Positions 9,209 through 18,899 of a stretch of DNA of 64,000 nt are shown here, one piece after another. Under the pieces are notes generated by a model that worked only from the letters and a program-made list of their open reading frames with translations, was not told the DNA's origin and ran no database searches. Position 1 is the stretch's first letter. Every line of letters begins with the position of its first letter. The position numbers were made by a program, and so were the translations under genes. Source of the DNA: Verrucomicrobiota bacterium (GTDB taxonomy: Bacteria > Verrucomicrobiota > Verrucomicrobiia > Opitutales > JABDGR01); assembly GCA_048497935.1 (NCBI GenBank), contig JBEHYY010000013.1, positions 12,622 to 76,621 of the forward strand, in the 5' to 3' direction.

Positions 9209-10975
9209 TTGGAGTGGGCAAGCGCGTCGACTTGGGTGATTTTAGGAGGACTGCGACCTATGGCTGACGCTCCCAAGCCCCCTGGCAACGAACAATCCCC
9301 GGTGATGTCTGCCGGCTCCATACCCTACGTATGGATTCTGACCTCCTTTCTTCTGGTCGTCGTGCTGGACCAGGCGGGCGCGCGGGGCACAGTTCCCGCG
9401 CAGGAGCATTTCCCCCTGTTCAACTTCGGCCTGGCCGCGGCCGTGGCCATCATTTGGCAATACGGCTGGCGGGCCTGGCCGGTGCTCTTTCTCGCGGGTA
9501 TCGCCAGCGCCGCCCTGCGCCATTGCGGCTGGGTGGAGACGCCCGTGTATGGCCTCAGCCTGATGGCAGGCGCACTCGCCGGCCGGGCCCTCCTGAAAAT
9601 CACCGGCTTTGATTCCCGCTTGCGCAGCGCGGCGGACGTGCTGACCCTCTCAGTGCTGGCCGGCCCCGCCGCCTCATTAATCGCGGCCTTGGGTTCATTC
9701 CTTGCCCCCAGCGCTTTTGTGGGCGGCGAAAACGGTGGTGTCTTGATCACTTTTCTTGCCCAATGGATGTCGGGCTGGACGGGTATGCTGCTGATGACGC
9801 CGTTTCTGTTCTCCATCCGCTCGGACTATTTCCGCCGTTGGGAGCCGGCGCGCGTGCGCGAGTGGCTGCTGCTGAATATCATCCTGGTCGGCAGCCTGCT
9901 GGTGATGTTCCAAAGCCTGGATGACAACGACCACCTGCGCTACCCCCTGGCCTATTTGGCCCTGCCCTGCGTCTTTTGGACGGCCTGGCGTTACGGCACA
10001 GCCGGCGCCGCGCTGGCAAACTTGCTCGTGGGCATCATCACCGCCCTCTGCGCCAATGAAGGCATGGGGCCCTTTGACGGCTCGGAGGAGCTGACCATCC
10101 TGTTGCCGGCCTGGGCCTTCATCGGTTTTCACGGCTTGGTGGCGCTTCTCCTGGCGGCCTTTACCGATGAGCGGCGGCTGGAACTCATGCAACAGCGCCA
10201 GCGCGCGCGCTTTTTCCGCCAATTGCTGGACGAGTTGCCCTTGGGCGTGTTGCTCAAGGATATCGGAGACAAGCCCCTCATCGTCAACCGCCGCTGGTTC
10301 CAGCTTTTTGGCAAAGCCGGCGGGAGTGAGGAAGACCAGTTGAAACACCAGCGCTCGATGGACGCCTTTTGGCGCAGCCGTGAAATGGGTCTTCTGCAAA
10401 ACCTCGGTGAAGTCCTGCGCGAAGAGGCGGACAGCACCGACTTCGAAGGCCGGCAGCTCGAGCTGTTGTTGACCAAACAGGCCGCTTATTTTTCCGAACG
10501 CGGCGAACGCCTGCTCATGGTGGTGGCTGACGATATTTCTTCCGGCCGCGCCAGCCTGCGCGAGGCCCGCCATATTATCGAGCGTATGCGGGCCACCCTG
10601 GCCGTGGCCGAAGTCGGCCTGTGGGACTGGCATATCCCCTCCGGCATCATCCGCTACGACACCGAGTTCAGCAAGTTGACCGGGGTGCCCGAACGGCCCG
10701 AGGGCCTTTCCATCCCGGAATGGCAGACCAACATCCACCCGGATGACCGCCAGCAATTCCAGCACGATATGCTCCAGCATTTGCACCATCAAGCCGAGCT
10801 GTTTGCCACCCGTTTTCGCTTCAAGCGTGACCATGGCTGGATTTGGCTCGTGGTGCGCGGGCGCGTGGTGGAGCAGGACGCCCGCAATCTCGGCATCCGC
10901 ATGATTGGCACGCTCCAGCATCTGCGCGCCACTGTCCAGGCCCTGCCCGACCCCAATGCTCCGGAGCGGAAGTGA
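9209..10975 (+). CDS. Membrane sensor protein: N-terminal MASE1-like multi-TM domain plus PAS domain(s); no recognisable output domain
   Basis: About 8 predicted TM helices in the first ~300 aa. A PAS fold follows (VGLWDWHIPSGIIRYDTEFSKLTG...IHPDD...). The ORF terminates with no kinase, GGDEF, EAL or HD-GYP region. The start is uncertain (9209, 9260 or 9305). Confidence 0.6.
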   Translation: MEWASASTWVILGGLRPMADAPKPPGNEQSPVMSAGSIPYVWILTSFLLVVVLDQAGARGTVPAQEHFPLFNFGLAAAVAIIWQYGWRAWPVLFLAGIASAALRHCGWVETPVYGLSLMAGALAGRALLKITGFDSRLRSAADVLTLSVLAGPAASLIAALGSFLAPSAFVGGENGGVLITFLAQWMSGWTGMLLMTPFLFSIRSDYFRRWEPARVREWLLLNIILVGSLLVMFQSLDDNDHLRYPLAYLALPCVFWTAWRYGTAGAALANLLVGIITALCANEGMGPFDGSEELTILLPAWAFIGFHGLVALLLAAFTDERRLELMQQRQRARFFRQLLDELPLGVLLKDIGDKPLIVNRRWFQLFGKAGGSEEDQLKHQRSMDAFWRSREMGLLQNLGEVLREEADSTDFEGRQLELLLTKQAAYFSERGERLLMVVADDISSGRASLREARHIIERMRATLAVAEVGLWDWHIPSGIIRYDTEFSKLTGVPERPEGLSIPEWQTNIHPDDRQQFQHDMLQHLHHQAELFATRFRFKRDHGWIWLVVRGRVVEQDARNLGIRMIGTLQHLRATVQALPDPNAPERK

Positions 10976-11046
10976 GGCTTGCCGTCGTTTTCATTCTGCG
11001 TTGCCATACCACCGCCCTTTTCCCTTAACTAAGCCGTTTACCCCCT

Positions 11047-11634
11047 ATGTCCGCCCCTGCTGAACCCAACCCGTCTGACCGGCGGGAATTCATGAAGAAA
11101 GCCTGCTGCGTCGTGCTGGGTGGCGCGCTGGCGGCCGTACCCACAGGCGCTGGGGTAGCCATGGCGATGGACCCCGTGGTGCGCAAATCCACCGGCGAAG
11201 GCAAGGGCTTGAAAGTGCGGGTGGCGACCTTGGAAAACCTGCCGGATGACGGCGTTCCCCGCCGCTTTCCCATCATGGCCAGCCATAACGATGCCTGGAC
11301 GAAGACCCCCATGTCTCCTGTGGGCGCCGTGTACCTGATGCGCACCAAGGAAGCCCCCACGGTAGTGAAAGCCTACAATGTCGTCTGCCCCCATGCTGGC
11401 TGCTTTGTGGAGTATGTGACGACGATTCCCAACTTCACTCCGGAAATTCCCGGCTATTTTTGCCCCTGTCACAACAGCTCATTCAAGCTGGACGGCGCGA
11501 TTGCCAACCCCGGCAGTCCCGCGCCGCGCGGGTTGGATGAGCTCGCCTGCGCCATTGAAAACGGGCAGGAAATCTGGGTGACCTTCCAAAACTTTCAGGC
11601 CGGCCAGGCTGAAAAACGACCGCTCGGTGTATGA
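11047..11634 (+). CDS. Rieske [2Fe-2S] iron-sulfur subunit of a cytochrome bc-type complex (Tat signal)
   Basis: Twin-arginine motif RREFMKKA; Rieske boxes CPHAGC and CPCHNS. Confidence 0.85.
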   Translation: MSAPAEPNPSDRREFMKKACCVVLGGALAAVPTGAGVAMAMDPVVRKSTGEGKGLKVRVATLENLPDDGVPRRFPIMASHNDAWTKTPMSPVGAVYLMRTKEAPTVVKAYNVVCPHAGCFVEYVTTIPNFTPEIPGYFCPCHNSSFKLDGAIANPGSPAPRGLDELACAIENGQEIWVTFQNFQAGQAEKRPLGV

Positions 11635-13418
11635 TAAAACCCCTCTTCGACTGGCTCGACCAACGCACGGGCTACCGCAAACTCTCCCACGAGGCCCTGT
11701 ACGAAAACGTGCCCGGCGGTTCGCGCTGGCGCTACGTCTGGGGCAGCACGCTGACGTTCGCGCTGGCAATCCAATTCATCACCGGCGCCGTCCTATGGAT
11801 GGCATATAGCCCCGGCTCCCAATCCGCCTGGGAGAGCGTCTATTACATCCAGCACGATATGTTTCTCGGCTGGTTTGTGCGCGGGCTGCACCACTTCACC
11901 GCCCAGGCGATGATTGTCCTGCTGGCACTGCATCTGATGCAGGTGCTCATTGATGGCGCCTATAAGGCTCCGCGCGAATTTAATTTCTGGACGGGCCTGG
12001 TCCTCCTTTTCCTCGTCCTGGGCCTGGCGCTCACGGGCTACCTGCTGCCCTGGGATCAGAAAGGTTTCTGGGCGACCCGCGTGGTGGCCAACATCGCGGG
12101 CATCACCCCCGTGGTGGGGCACCAAGTGCAGCAACTCATGGTGGGCGGCACTGATTTTGGCAACCAAACGCTGACGCGCTTCTTTGCCTTCCACGCCGGC
12201 GTGCTGCCGGGGCTTATCATGGCCCTGATTGGCGGTCATATTTATCTGTTCCGCCGCCATGGCATCACTGCCAAGGAGCCGAAACGCAAGCCGGATGCCG
12301 CCTTCTGGCCCGACCAAGTGCTCAAAGATGCCGTGGCCTGCCTGGCCGTGCTCGCCACCGTGCTGTTCCTGGTGCTGCGTTTTCACGGAGCGGAGCTGGG
12401 CGCCCCCACCGACCCTTCGGAGCCTTATGCCGCCGCGCGCCCGGAATGGTATTTCCTTTTTCTCTACCAGTTTCTCAAATACTTCCCCAGCGGAACCGAA
12501 ATCATCGGCGCCATCCTGATCCCGGGAGCGATTGTGGCCTTTCTTTTTGCCATGCCCTTCCTGGGCAAATGGAAATTGGGCCACCGCTTCAATCTTGGCT
12601 TGATGTTCTCGTTGCTGGCGGGCGCGGTGTTGCTGACCTATCTGGCAGTCAATGAAGACCGGCACAATGACCGCTACAAAACCGCCGTCGAGCAGTCAGA
12701 ACGGGAAACCGCCCGCGTGAAAATGCTGATTGAGGCCAACGGAGGGATCCCGCCCTCCGGTGCGGTATCAGTCCTCGCCAATGACCCGCTGACGCAGGGC
12801 CCGAAACTCTTTGCCCAAAACTGCGCCTCTTGCCACCGCTACGATGGCACCAATGGGCTCGGCCTTCAATTGGACCCTGCCAAGCAAACCGCCAGCGACT
12901 TGAAGGGCTTTGCCAGCCGCGCGTGGCTGACCGGGCTGCTCAACCCGGCGACCATCGACAGCCTCCATTATTTCGGTGGCACCAAATTCAAAGACGGTGA
13001 CATGGCGGCATTTGTGAAAAAAGACCTCGCCAATCTGTCCTCGGAAAAAAGGAGCGAACTGGAAAAAATCATCGCCGCTGTCTCCGCTGAAGCCCACCTG
13101 CCCGGACAGAAAACCGCCGATCAAAAGGATGCCGTCCTGATTGAGGAAGGACGCAAACTGCTTCTTTCCACCGCCGCTTGCGCGGATTGCCACAAATTCC
13201 AACAACCCAATCCCGCGGCCTCCGCCCCGGATTTGACGGGCTATGGATCACAGGAATGGCTCTCCGCCTTTCTGCATGACCCCGCGCATGAGCGCTTCTA
13301 CGGCAGCCTGAACGACCGTATGCCCGCCTTTGGCAAACAAGGCGCGCTGGATGACCACGCCATCGCCCTGCTGGCTGATTGGCTGCGCGGTGACTGGGTG
13401 GAACCCGCCGCCAAGTAA
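11631..13418 (+). CDS. Cytochrome b (b6 plus subunit-IV-like) fused to a C-terminal dihaem cytochrome c domain
   Basis: Cytochrome b N-terminal motifs (haem-ligand histidines, GYLLPWDQKGFW). The C-terminal third has two CxxCH motifs (CASCH, CADCH). The start overlaps the Rieske stop (ATGA). Confidence 0.8.
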   Translation: MIKPLFDWLDQRTGYRKLSHEALYENVPGGSRWRYVWGSTLTFALAIQFITGAVLWMAYSPGSQSAWESVYYIQHDMFLGWFVRGLHHFTAQAMIVLLALHLMQVLIDGAYKAPREFNFWTGLVLLFLVLGLALTGYLLPWDQKGFWATRVVANIAGITPVVGHQVQQLMVGGTDFGNQTLTRFFAFHAGVLPGLIMALIGGHIYLFRRHGITAKEPKRKPDAAFWPDQVLKDAVACLAVLATVLFLVLRFHGAELGAPTDPSEPYAAARPEWYFLFLYQFLKYFPSGTEIIGAILIPGAIVAFLFAMPFLGKWKLGHRFNLGLMFSLLAGAVLLTYLAVNEDRHNDRYKTAVEQSERETARVKMLIEANGGIPPSGAVSVLANDPLTQGPKLFAQNCASCHRYDGTNGLGLQLDPAKQTASDLKGFASRAWLTGLLNPATIDSLHYFGGTKFKDGDMAAFVKKDLANLSSEKRSELEKIIAAVSAEAHLPGQKTADQKDAVLIEEGRKLLLSTAACADCHKFQQPNPAASAPDLTGYGSQEWLSAFLHDPAHERFYGSLNDRMPAFGKQGALDDHAIALLADWLRGDWVEPAAK

Positions 13419-13436
13419 GGCCCTCCGGCTGGTGTA

Positions 13437-13910
13437 ATGAAAAAGAAGCTCTATCGTGCGGGGTTATGGCTGCTGGCTATTTTTGCCGGCATGCAATTGC
13501 TGCCCGTGGACCGGGCCAACCCACCCGTGGCGCCAGGCCAAGCCTTGGCGGTGCCGGCGGAGGTGGACGCCATTCTTCGCCCCTCCTGCTACGATTGTCA
13601 TTCCAATGAAACCCGCTGGCCCTGGTACACCTATGTCGCGCCCGTCTCCTGGTGGATTGCGGGCCATGTGCATGATGGCCGCCGCAAACTTAATTTCTCC
13701 GAGTGGTCTTCCCTCGATGCCGCACACCAGGCCCATCTGCTCAACCGGATGGAGGATGAAATCATGGAAGGGCATATGCCCCCCGTCAGCTATCTGAAAA
13801 TGCACGATGATGTCCGCATTACCCCATTGCAGAACAAAATCCTCGTGAATTGGATGTCTGCAATCCTGCTGCAACCCGACATCCCGGCCAGCCCGCCCGG
13901 CACCCCTTGA
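13437..13910 (+). CDS. Haem-binding-domain (Haem_bd-like) secreted protein
   Basis: Signal peptide, then CYDCHSNETRWPWYTYVAPVSW, matching the planctomycete-type haem-binding domain. Confidence 0.6.
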   Translation: MKKKLYRAGLWLLAIFAGMQLLPVDRANPPVAPGQALAVPAEVDAILRPSCYDCHSNETRWPWYTYVAPVSWWIAGHVHDGRRKLNFSEWSSLDAAHQAHLLNRMEDEIMEGHMPPVSYLKMHDDVRITPLQNKILVNWMSAILLQPDIPASPPGTP

Positions 13911-13964
13911 GCGAATTTTGCCCCACAGCCTTGCTTGTTGGGCCAATCTTCGTCAACCTGCGGC

Positions 13965-14966
13965 ATGTTTGTTGATGAAGCCAATGTAGCATTTCGGGCC
14001 GGCCGCGGTGGCGACGGCTGCGCCGGGTTCCGCCGTGAGAAGTTTGTCCCCAAGGGCGGACCTGACGGGGGTGACGGTGGCAAAGGCGGCGACGTCGTCC
14101 TCGTTGGCGATGAAAACGCCGGCGACCTCGCCCAGTTCCGGTACAACCCCAGCCTGCACGCCCGCAACGGTGAAAATGGCATGGGGCGCGACTGCTTTGG
14201 TCACGCCGGGGCGGACCTGGTCCTGCGTGTGCCGCTGGGCACTGTGGTCTATGACTTGGAGACCAACCGCCTGGTCACTGAGCTGACGCAACATGACGAA
14301 CGCGTGGTCCTGCTCCACGGCGGCAAAGGCGGTTTGGGCAATCTGCATTTCAAAAGCGCCACCAACCGCGCTCCCACCCAGTTTACCCCCGGCCAGCCGG
14401 GCGAAGAAGGCGAATTCCGCCTCGTGTTGAAGACCATTGCCGATGTCGGGCTGGTTGGCTACCCCAACGCGGGCAAATCCTCGATCACGAATTGCCTGAC
14501 GAAGGCGCACCCCAAGATGGCGCCCTACCCCTTCACAACCTTGCACGCCAATGTTGGCATCATTGAATACCCCGAGCACTTCGAGCGCATTTCCCTCGCC
14601 GACATCCCCGGCCTCATCGAAGGCGCGAGCGAAAACCGCGGCCTGGGCCATGAATTCCTGCGCCATATCGAACGCTGCCGCGTTTTGCTCGTCATGCTCG
14701 ACATGGCCGGCACCGATGCCCGCGATCCCTTGGATGATTACAAGCACCTGCTGGCTGAACTGAAAAAATACAGCCCGGAGCTGCTGAAGAAACCCATGCT
14801 GGTCGCCGCCAACAAGATGGATGAGGAGGCCGCGGCCGACAACTACAAGCGCTTCAAAAAGAAATACAAAAAAGTGGCCCTCTGGAAAATCTCCTGCCTG
14901 ACGGGCGACGGCTTGGATGAATTGAAGGATGAGCTGCGTACGCAGGTGCGCGCCGTGGGCAAATAG
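13965..14966 (+). CDS. obg: GTPase Obg/CgtA
   Basis: MFVDEA start, glycine-rich Obg fold (GGxGGxGG), and GTPase G1-G4 motifs (GYPNAGKSS, DIPG, NKMD). Confidence 0.9.
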   Translation: MFVDEANVAFRAGRGGDGCAGFRREKFVPKGGPDGGDGGKGGDVVLVGDENAGDLAQFRYNPSLHARNGENGMGRDCFGHAGADLVLRVPLGTVVYDLETNRLVTELTQHDERVVLLHGGKGGLGNLHFKSATNRAPTQFTPGQPGEEGEFRLVLKTIADVGLVGYPNAGKSSITNCLTKAHPKMAPYPFTTLHANVGIIEYPEHFERISLADIPGLIEGASENRGLGHEFLRHIERCRVLLVMLDMAGTDARDPLDDYKHLLAELKKYSPELLKKPMLVAANKMDEEAAADNYKRFKKKYKKVALWKISCLTGDGLDELKDELRTQVRAVGK

Positions 14967-14968
14967 GA

Positions 14969-16930
14969 TCAACCGCCCAAGTCTTCCCGGCAGGCGCGTA
15001 AGACCTCGCCGACGCTCCACGCCTGCGCGATGCAGCCGCGGGCAACAAAGGGCATCTCCGCATCATAAATTTCCGAAAGCGTGCCCAAACCGGCCTCGCT
15101 CAAACGCAGATCAAGATGCTTGACCAGCGCCTGGGCGCGCTCGACCCCGGCAGCTCCGCGCAGACGCACCAGAGCAGTGATGTAGGGCCCCAACAGCCAG
15201 CCCCAAACAGTACCTTGATGGTAGGCCCCATCACGCGCATGGACGTTGCCTTCATAACGTGAGCGAAACCCCGGCGAACCCGAAGCCAGGGTGCGCAAGC
15301 CCACCGGGGTAAGCAGCTTTTGCTCCACCGCCTTCAGCACGCCCAGCGCCTTGGTTCTCGGCAGTAACTCGTAAGGTAGGCTCAAGGCAAAAACCTGATT
15401 GGGCCGCAATGCCGGGTCTTTGTCGCCGTCGTTGATGACATCATACAGATAGCCGGTGGTTTCATTCCAAAATGCCTCCGCAAAGCGGTCTTTCACCGCC
15501 AGCGCGCGGCTGCTGAGGTCCTCCGCCCCAGGGTGGCCGAATCGCTCGCGCAGTTCGGCCAGGATTGTTAGCGCATTATACCAAAGCGCATTGATTTCGA
15601 CTGGCTTGCCCGTGCGCGGCGTCACCACCCAGTCGCCCACCTTGGCGTCCATCCAGGTGAGTTGCACGCCCGGCTCGCCGGCAAAGAGCAAGCCATCGTC
15701 ATCGCAATGGATATGGTAGCGGGTACCCTGGTCATGCCAGGTGAGGATGTTTTCCAGCACCGGTAGAATCTCTTTGCGAACAAAGTTTTCATCCCCGGTG
15801 GCTTTCAGATACGCGCGCACGGCGACAAAAAACCATAGCGCCGCATCTGCTGAGTTATAGGACGGCTGTTCACCATGATCTGGAAACTGGTTGGGCAGCA
15901 TCCCCTGGCTCTCGGCCTGGGCAAAAGCGCGCAATATCTCGCGCGCTTCGTCAAAGCGCTTGGTGGCGAGGCACAAACCGGGCAGCGCAATCATCGTGTC
16001 GCGGCCCCAGTCGCCAAACCAATGATAGCCCGCGATGATGGTGTGGAGTTTTTCGCCCCGGCGCACGATAAACTGGTCGGCTGCGCGCACCAACTGGCAC
16101 TCAACCTCTCCCTTAAAAGCGGCTTGAACCACCAGGGCATCGCGCCGTGCGGCCTCTGCTTTGAGCAAGGCGGCCGGATCGCGGCCGGCAGTTGGTTGCG
16201 TGGAAACGATGACGCCGATGCTTTGCCCCGGCTTCAATGTCACGCGCAAAGCCCCGTGGCTGAACAAATCCTCATCGTAATCCAAGCCGCGGTTTTGCTC
16301 TTCACAATATTGAAAATGGTAATACCAATACGGGGCATACTCAAATTTCGCCCCCGGCACGGAAATATAAAACTCCGGCGTGCCGTCGTAGAGCCGCAGG
16401 CTCAGCACTCCTTCGGTGAATGGTGCTTCACGGCGGACATAATTGTTCGCGTGCTGCAGGGCGTGGTAGTCGCGAACCGCGGAAAACGGACGCAAAAGCA
16501 TTTCCACCGGGCCGGGCGCTTCACTCAAACGGTAGTGGATGATGGTCGTGTTTTCCCCATGGGGGGCGCCGATCTGTTTTTCCAGCACAATGGGCCCGGC
16601 GCGATATTGCCAGGTCGGAAATGGCGATAGGGAAAATTGCTCAATGTACTGCTGCCCGCAGGGCGACACCGTGCCGGGGTACTGATTGCAGCCCAAATCG
16701 TAGGTCGCACCGTTGCATAGCAAGGTTTCCTCCAGCTTGGATAAGAGCACCATGCGCTGGCCGGGAGGCTGGAGCGCCGCGACCAAGAGGCCATGATACC
16801 GCCGTGAATGGGCGCCGGAAATAGTGCTGCTGGCCCAGCCGCCCAGGCCGTTGGTCTCCAGCCACTCGGTCGCCCGCGCCCGGTCGTTCTCGCGCAGCGC
16901 GGCGGCGGTAAATGAAAGCGGCAGACCCAT
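14969..16930 (-). CDS. Glycogen debranching enzyme (amylo-alpha-1,6-glucosidase, GDE_C family)
   Basis: N-terminal EWLETNGLGGWASSTISGAHSRRYHGLL, and C-terminal (alpha/alpha)6 motifs GDWGRDTMIALPGL and QFPDHGE. The ORF extends to 17230, but the family start is MGLPLSF at 16930. Confidence 0.8.
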   Translation of the reverse strand: MGLPLSFTAAALRENDRARATEWLETNGLGGWASSTISGAHSRRYHGLLVAALQPPGQRMVLLSKLEETLLCNGATYDLGCNQYPGTVSPCGQQYIEQFSLSPFPTWQYRAGPIVLEKQIGAPHGENTTIIHYRLSEAPGPVEMLLRPFSAVRDYHALQHANNYVRREAPFTEGVLSLRLYDGTPEFYISVPGAKFEYAPYWYYHFQYCEEQNRGLDYDEDLFSHGALRVTLKPGQSIGVIVSTQPTAGRDPAALLKAEAARRDALVVQAAFKGEVECQLVRAADQFIVRRGEKLHTIIAGYHWFGDWGRDTMIALPGLCLATKRFDEAREILRAFAQAESQGMLPNQFPDHGEQPSYNSADAALWFFVAVRAYLKATGDENFVRKEILPVLENILTWHDQGTRYHIHCDDDGLLFAGEPGVQLTWMDAKVGDWVVTPRTGKPVEINALWYNALTILAELRERFGHPGAEDLSSRALAVKDRFAEAFWNETTGYLYDVINDGDKDPALRPNQVFALSLPYELLPRTKALGVLKAVEQKLLTPVGLRTLASGSPGFRSRYEGNVHARDGAYHQGTVWGWLLGPYITALVRLRGAAGVERAQALVKHLDLRLSEAGLGTLSEIYDAEMPFVARGCIAQAWSVGEVLRACREDLGG

Positions 16931-17044
16931 GGCGACACGATGACGCCCCCGTGCCCAACGCGCAAGCCTCCGGCGCAAAAGAAATTCTGGAAACCTCGGC
17001 AACAAAGCCTTGTCAGAGGCGGCACGCAAACCATACTCCCGGCC

Positions 17045-18046
17045 ATGAAACTGTTTTTTCGTCAATTTTTTATCCTGCTCGCTCTCGCCGGGGCAATAGT
17101 AGATGTGCGCGCTGACACACTGGTGTTTGACAATGGTGACCGCCTGACCGGCACCGTGCTTGAGCAAACCGCCGACAGCATCCGGTTCAACAGCGCCACC
17201 TTGGGTACGATAAGTGTTCCCGCCGCCCATACCCGCATCGAAGCAACTCCCCCTCCTGCAACCACCCCGGGAATCGCTTCAACGACCGATACCTCCCATG
17301 ACAGCAAGGCAGCAGCTCTGCCGGAAAAGACCGAAACGACTTGGGCGGATGGGTTCAAAAAGACTGTCAATATGCTCATTCCCGGCGAGGTCACCGGTCG
17401 CCTGGATCAGGGCCTGACCAGCACGCGTACCAATGCCTCCACCACCCAGATCATGATGACAGGCAACCTCTCCGTAAATAATGCGCCCGACCTTTATGAC
17501 TTGAAAGGTTACTACTACTATACCGCAACCCGCGCCGCTGATGGTTCCCTGAGCCGCAGCGCCGACCGCTATGGCTCCCATGCCAGCTACCGGCATGACC
17601 TGAATGAACGCCTGTTTCTCAACAACGAGGACAGCTATATGCGGGACTTCCTGGCCAATATCAACCATCAGGCGCAAAACACTTTCAGCGGCGGCTATAC
17701 TTTGTGGAAAAGCCAGCAGATGAACCTTGCACTTCAAGCCGGCCCCTCCCAGCGCTATCTCGATGCCGATGGCATCGCCACCAAATGGCGCACACTGGGG
17801 ACCGGCAAACAGACATTCAAGTGGAGGATTTCCGACAAACTGCGTTTGGAGCAGGACTCCAGCGCCCAGAGCCAGTTGGATGATTTTGGCAACCATGCGT
17901 GGCTGGTGAATGCGGCGCTGATCAGCAAGCTCGACCAGAACCTGGAGCTTTCCATGCGTTTCAGCCAGTCCTACAACACCCTTGTCGGCATCAACGGCGC
18001 CCGCAGTGAGCAGGTGTTGGCCGTCGCGCTGGGCGTGACATTCTGA
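17045..18046 (+). CDS. DUF481-like outer-membrane beta-barrel protein
   Basis: Signal peptide MKLFFRQFFILLALAG, then alternating beta-strand pattern and a C-terminal Phe. The family assignment is from memory. Confidence 0.5.
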   Translation: MKLFFRQFFILLALAGAIVDVRADTLVFDNGDRLTGTVLEQTADSIRFNSATLGTISVPAAHTRIEATPPPATTPGIASTTDTSHDSKAAALPEKTETTWADGFKKTVNMLIPGEVTGRLDQGLTSTRTNASTTQIMMTGNLSVNNAPDLYDLKGYYYYTATRAADGSLSRSADRYGSHASYRHDLNERLFLNNEDSYMRDFLANINHQAQNTFSGGYTLWKSQQMNLALQAGPSQRYLDADGIATKWRTLGTGKQTFKWRISDKLRLEQDSSAQSQLDDFGNHAWLVNAALISKLDQNLELSMRFSQSYNTLVGINGARSEQVLAVALGVTF

Positions 18047-18055
18047 GCGGCACTT

Positions 18056-18850
18056 TTATTCGGCATCCGGTTTCCAGGCCGTGGGAGAAACCACCACGGG
18101 TTTTTTACCCCGTGCGCCCGCAGCCACCCAATGAATCAATATCGCCGCCGCGGCGCTGACATTGAGCGACTCCACCGCCCCGCCTCCGGGAATGCGCACC
18201 AACAGTTCGCAAATGCCCTGCAATTTCGGATCCAGGCCAGTCTCCTCATTACCCAAGAGCAACGCCACCGGGCGGCCTGGCGCATTGGGCGGCCGGGCGC
18301 TTTCAAGGTTTTTGCCCGAATGGATGGAGGTACCCACCACCAGAAAATGATCGCGCAGTTGTTTGACAATCGGCGCCAGAGAGGCGACCTCAAAGATCTG
18401 CACATGCTCCATACCGCCCTCGGCCACCCGGTATGCGGCATCCGTGGGCAAAGCCTGCTGCGGGTGGCGGGCGACGATCATGCGCGGTATGCCAAAAAAT
18501 GCCGCCGTCCGCGCAATGGCGCCAAGGTTGTGCGGATTCCCAATGCGGTCGAGCACCAGGAGCGGCTCACCCAGACGCTGCCATTCGGCAAACTCGCCAT
18601 GGCGGGGCGGGCGGATGGCCGGGCGCTCCGTCACCGCCACAATGCCGCCGTGGTGCACGGTGCCCGCGATGCGCTCCAACTCTTCGGTAGGCACCTGGCG
18701 GTAAACCCGGCGTTCCTGGGCCAGCCACTGGCAGATTTCCCCGGCTTTGGGCGCGGTCGGGGCGTCAAAGAAAAGCCGTTGAATGCACTTGGGCCGTCGC
18801 GCAAATGCCGCGGCCACCGACTTAAAGCCGCAGACGGTCACCGTGCGCAT
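18056..18850 (-). CDS. TrmH/SpoU-family RNA 2'-O-methyltransferase
   Basis: SPOUT motifs GNPHNLGAIARTA, LLLGNEETGL and VESLNVSAAAAI. Confidence 0.8.
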   Translation of the reverse strand: MRTVTVCGFKSVAAAFARRPKCIQRLFFDAPTAPKAGEICQWLAQERRVYRQVPTEELERIAGTVHHGGIVAVTERPAIRPPRHGEFAEWQRLGEPLLVLDRIGNPHNLGAIARTAAFFGIPRMIVARHPQQALPTDAAYRVAEGGMEHVQIFEVASLAPIVKQLRDHFLVVGTSIHSGKNLESARPPNAPGRPVALLLGNEETGLDPKLQGICELLVRIPGGGAVESLNVSAAAAILIHWVAAGARGKKPVVVSPTAWKPDAE

Positions 18851-18899
18851 GGCAGGCTTGCTGGGAGCGGGTGGCGGCATGGTTGGGAAAAATGATGAC

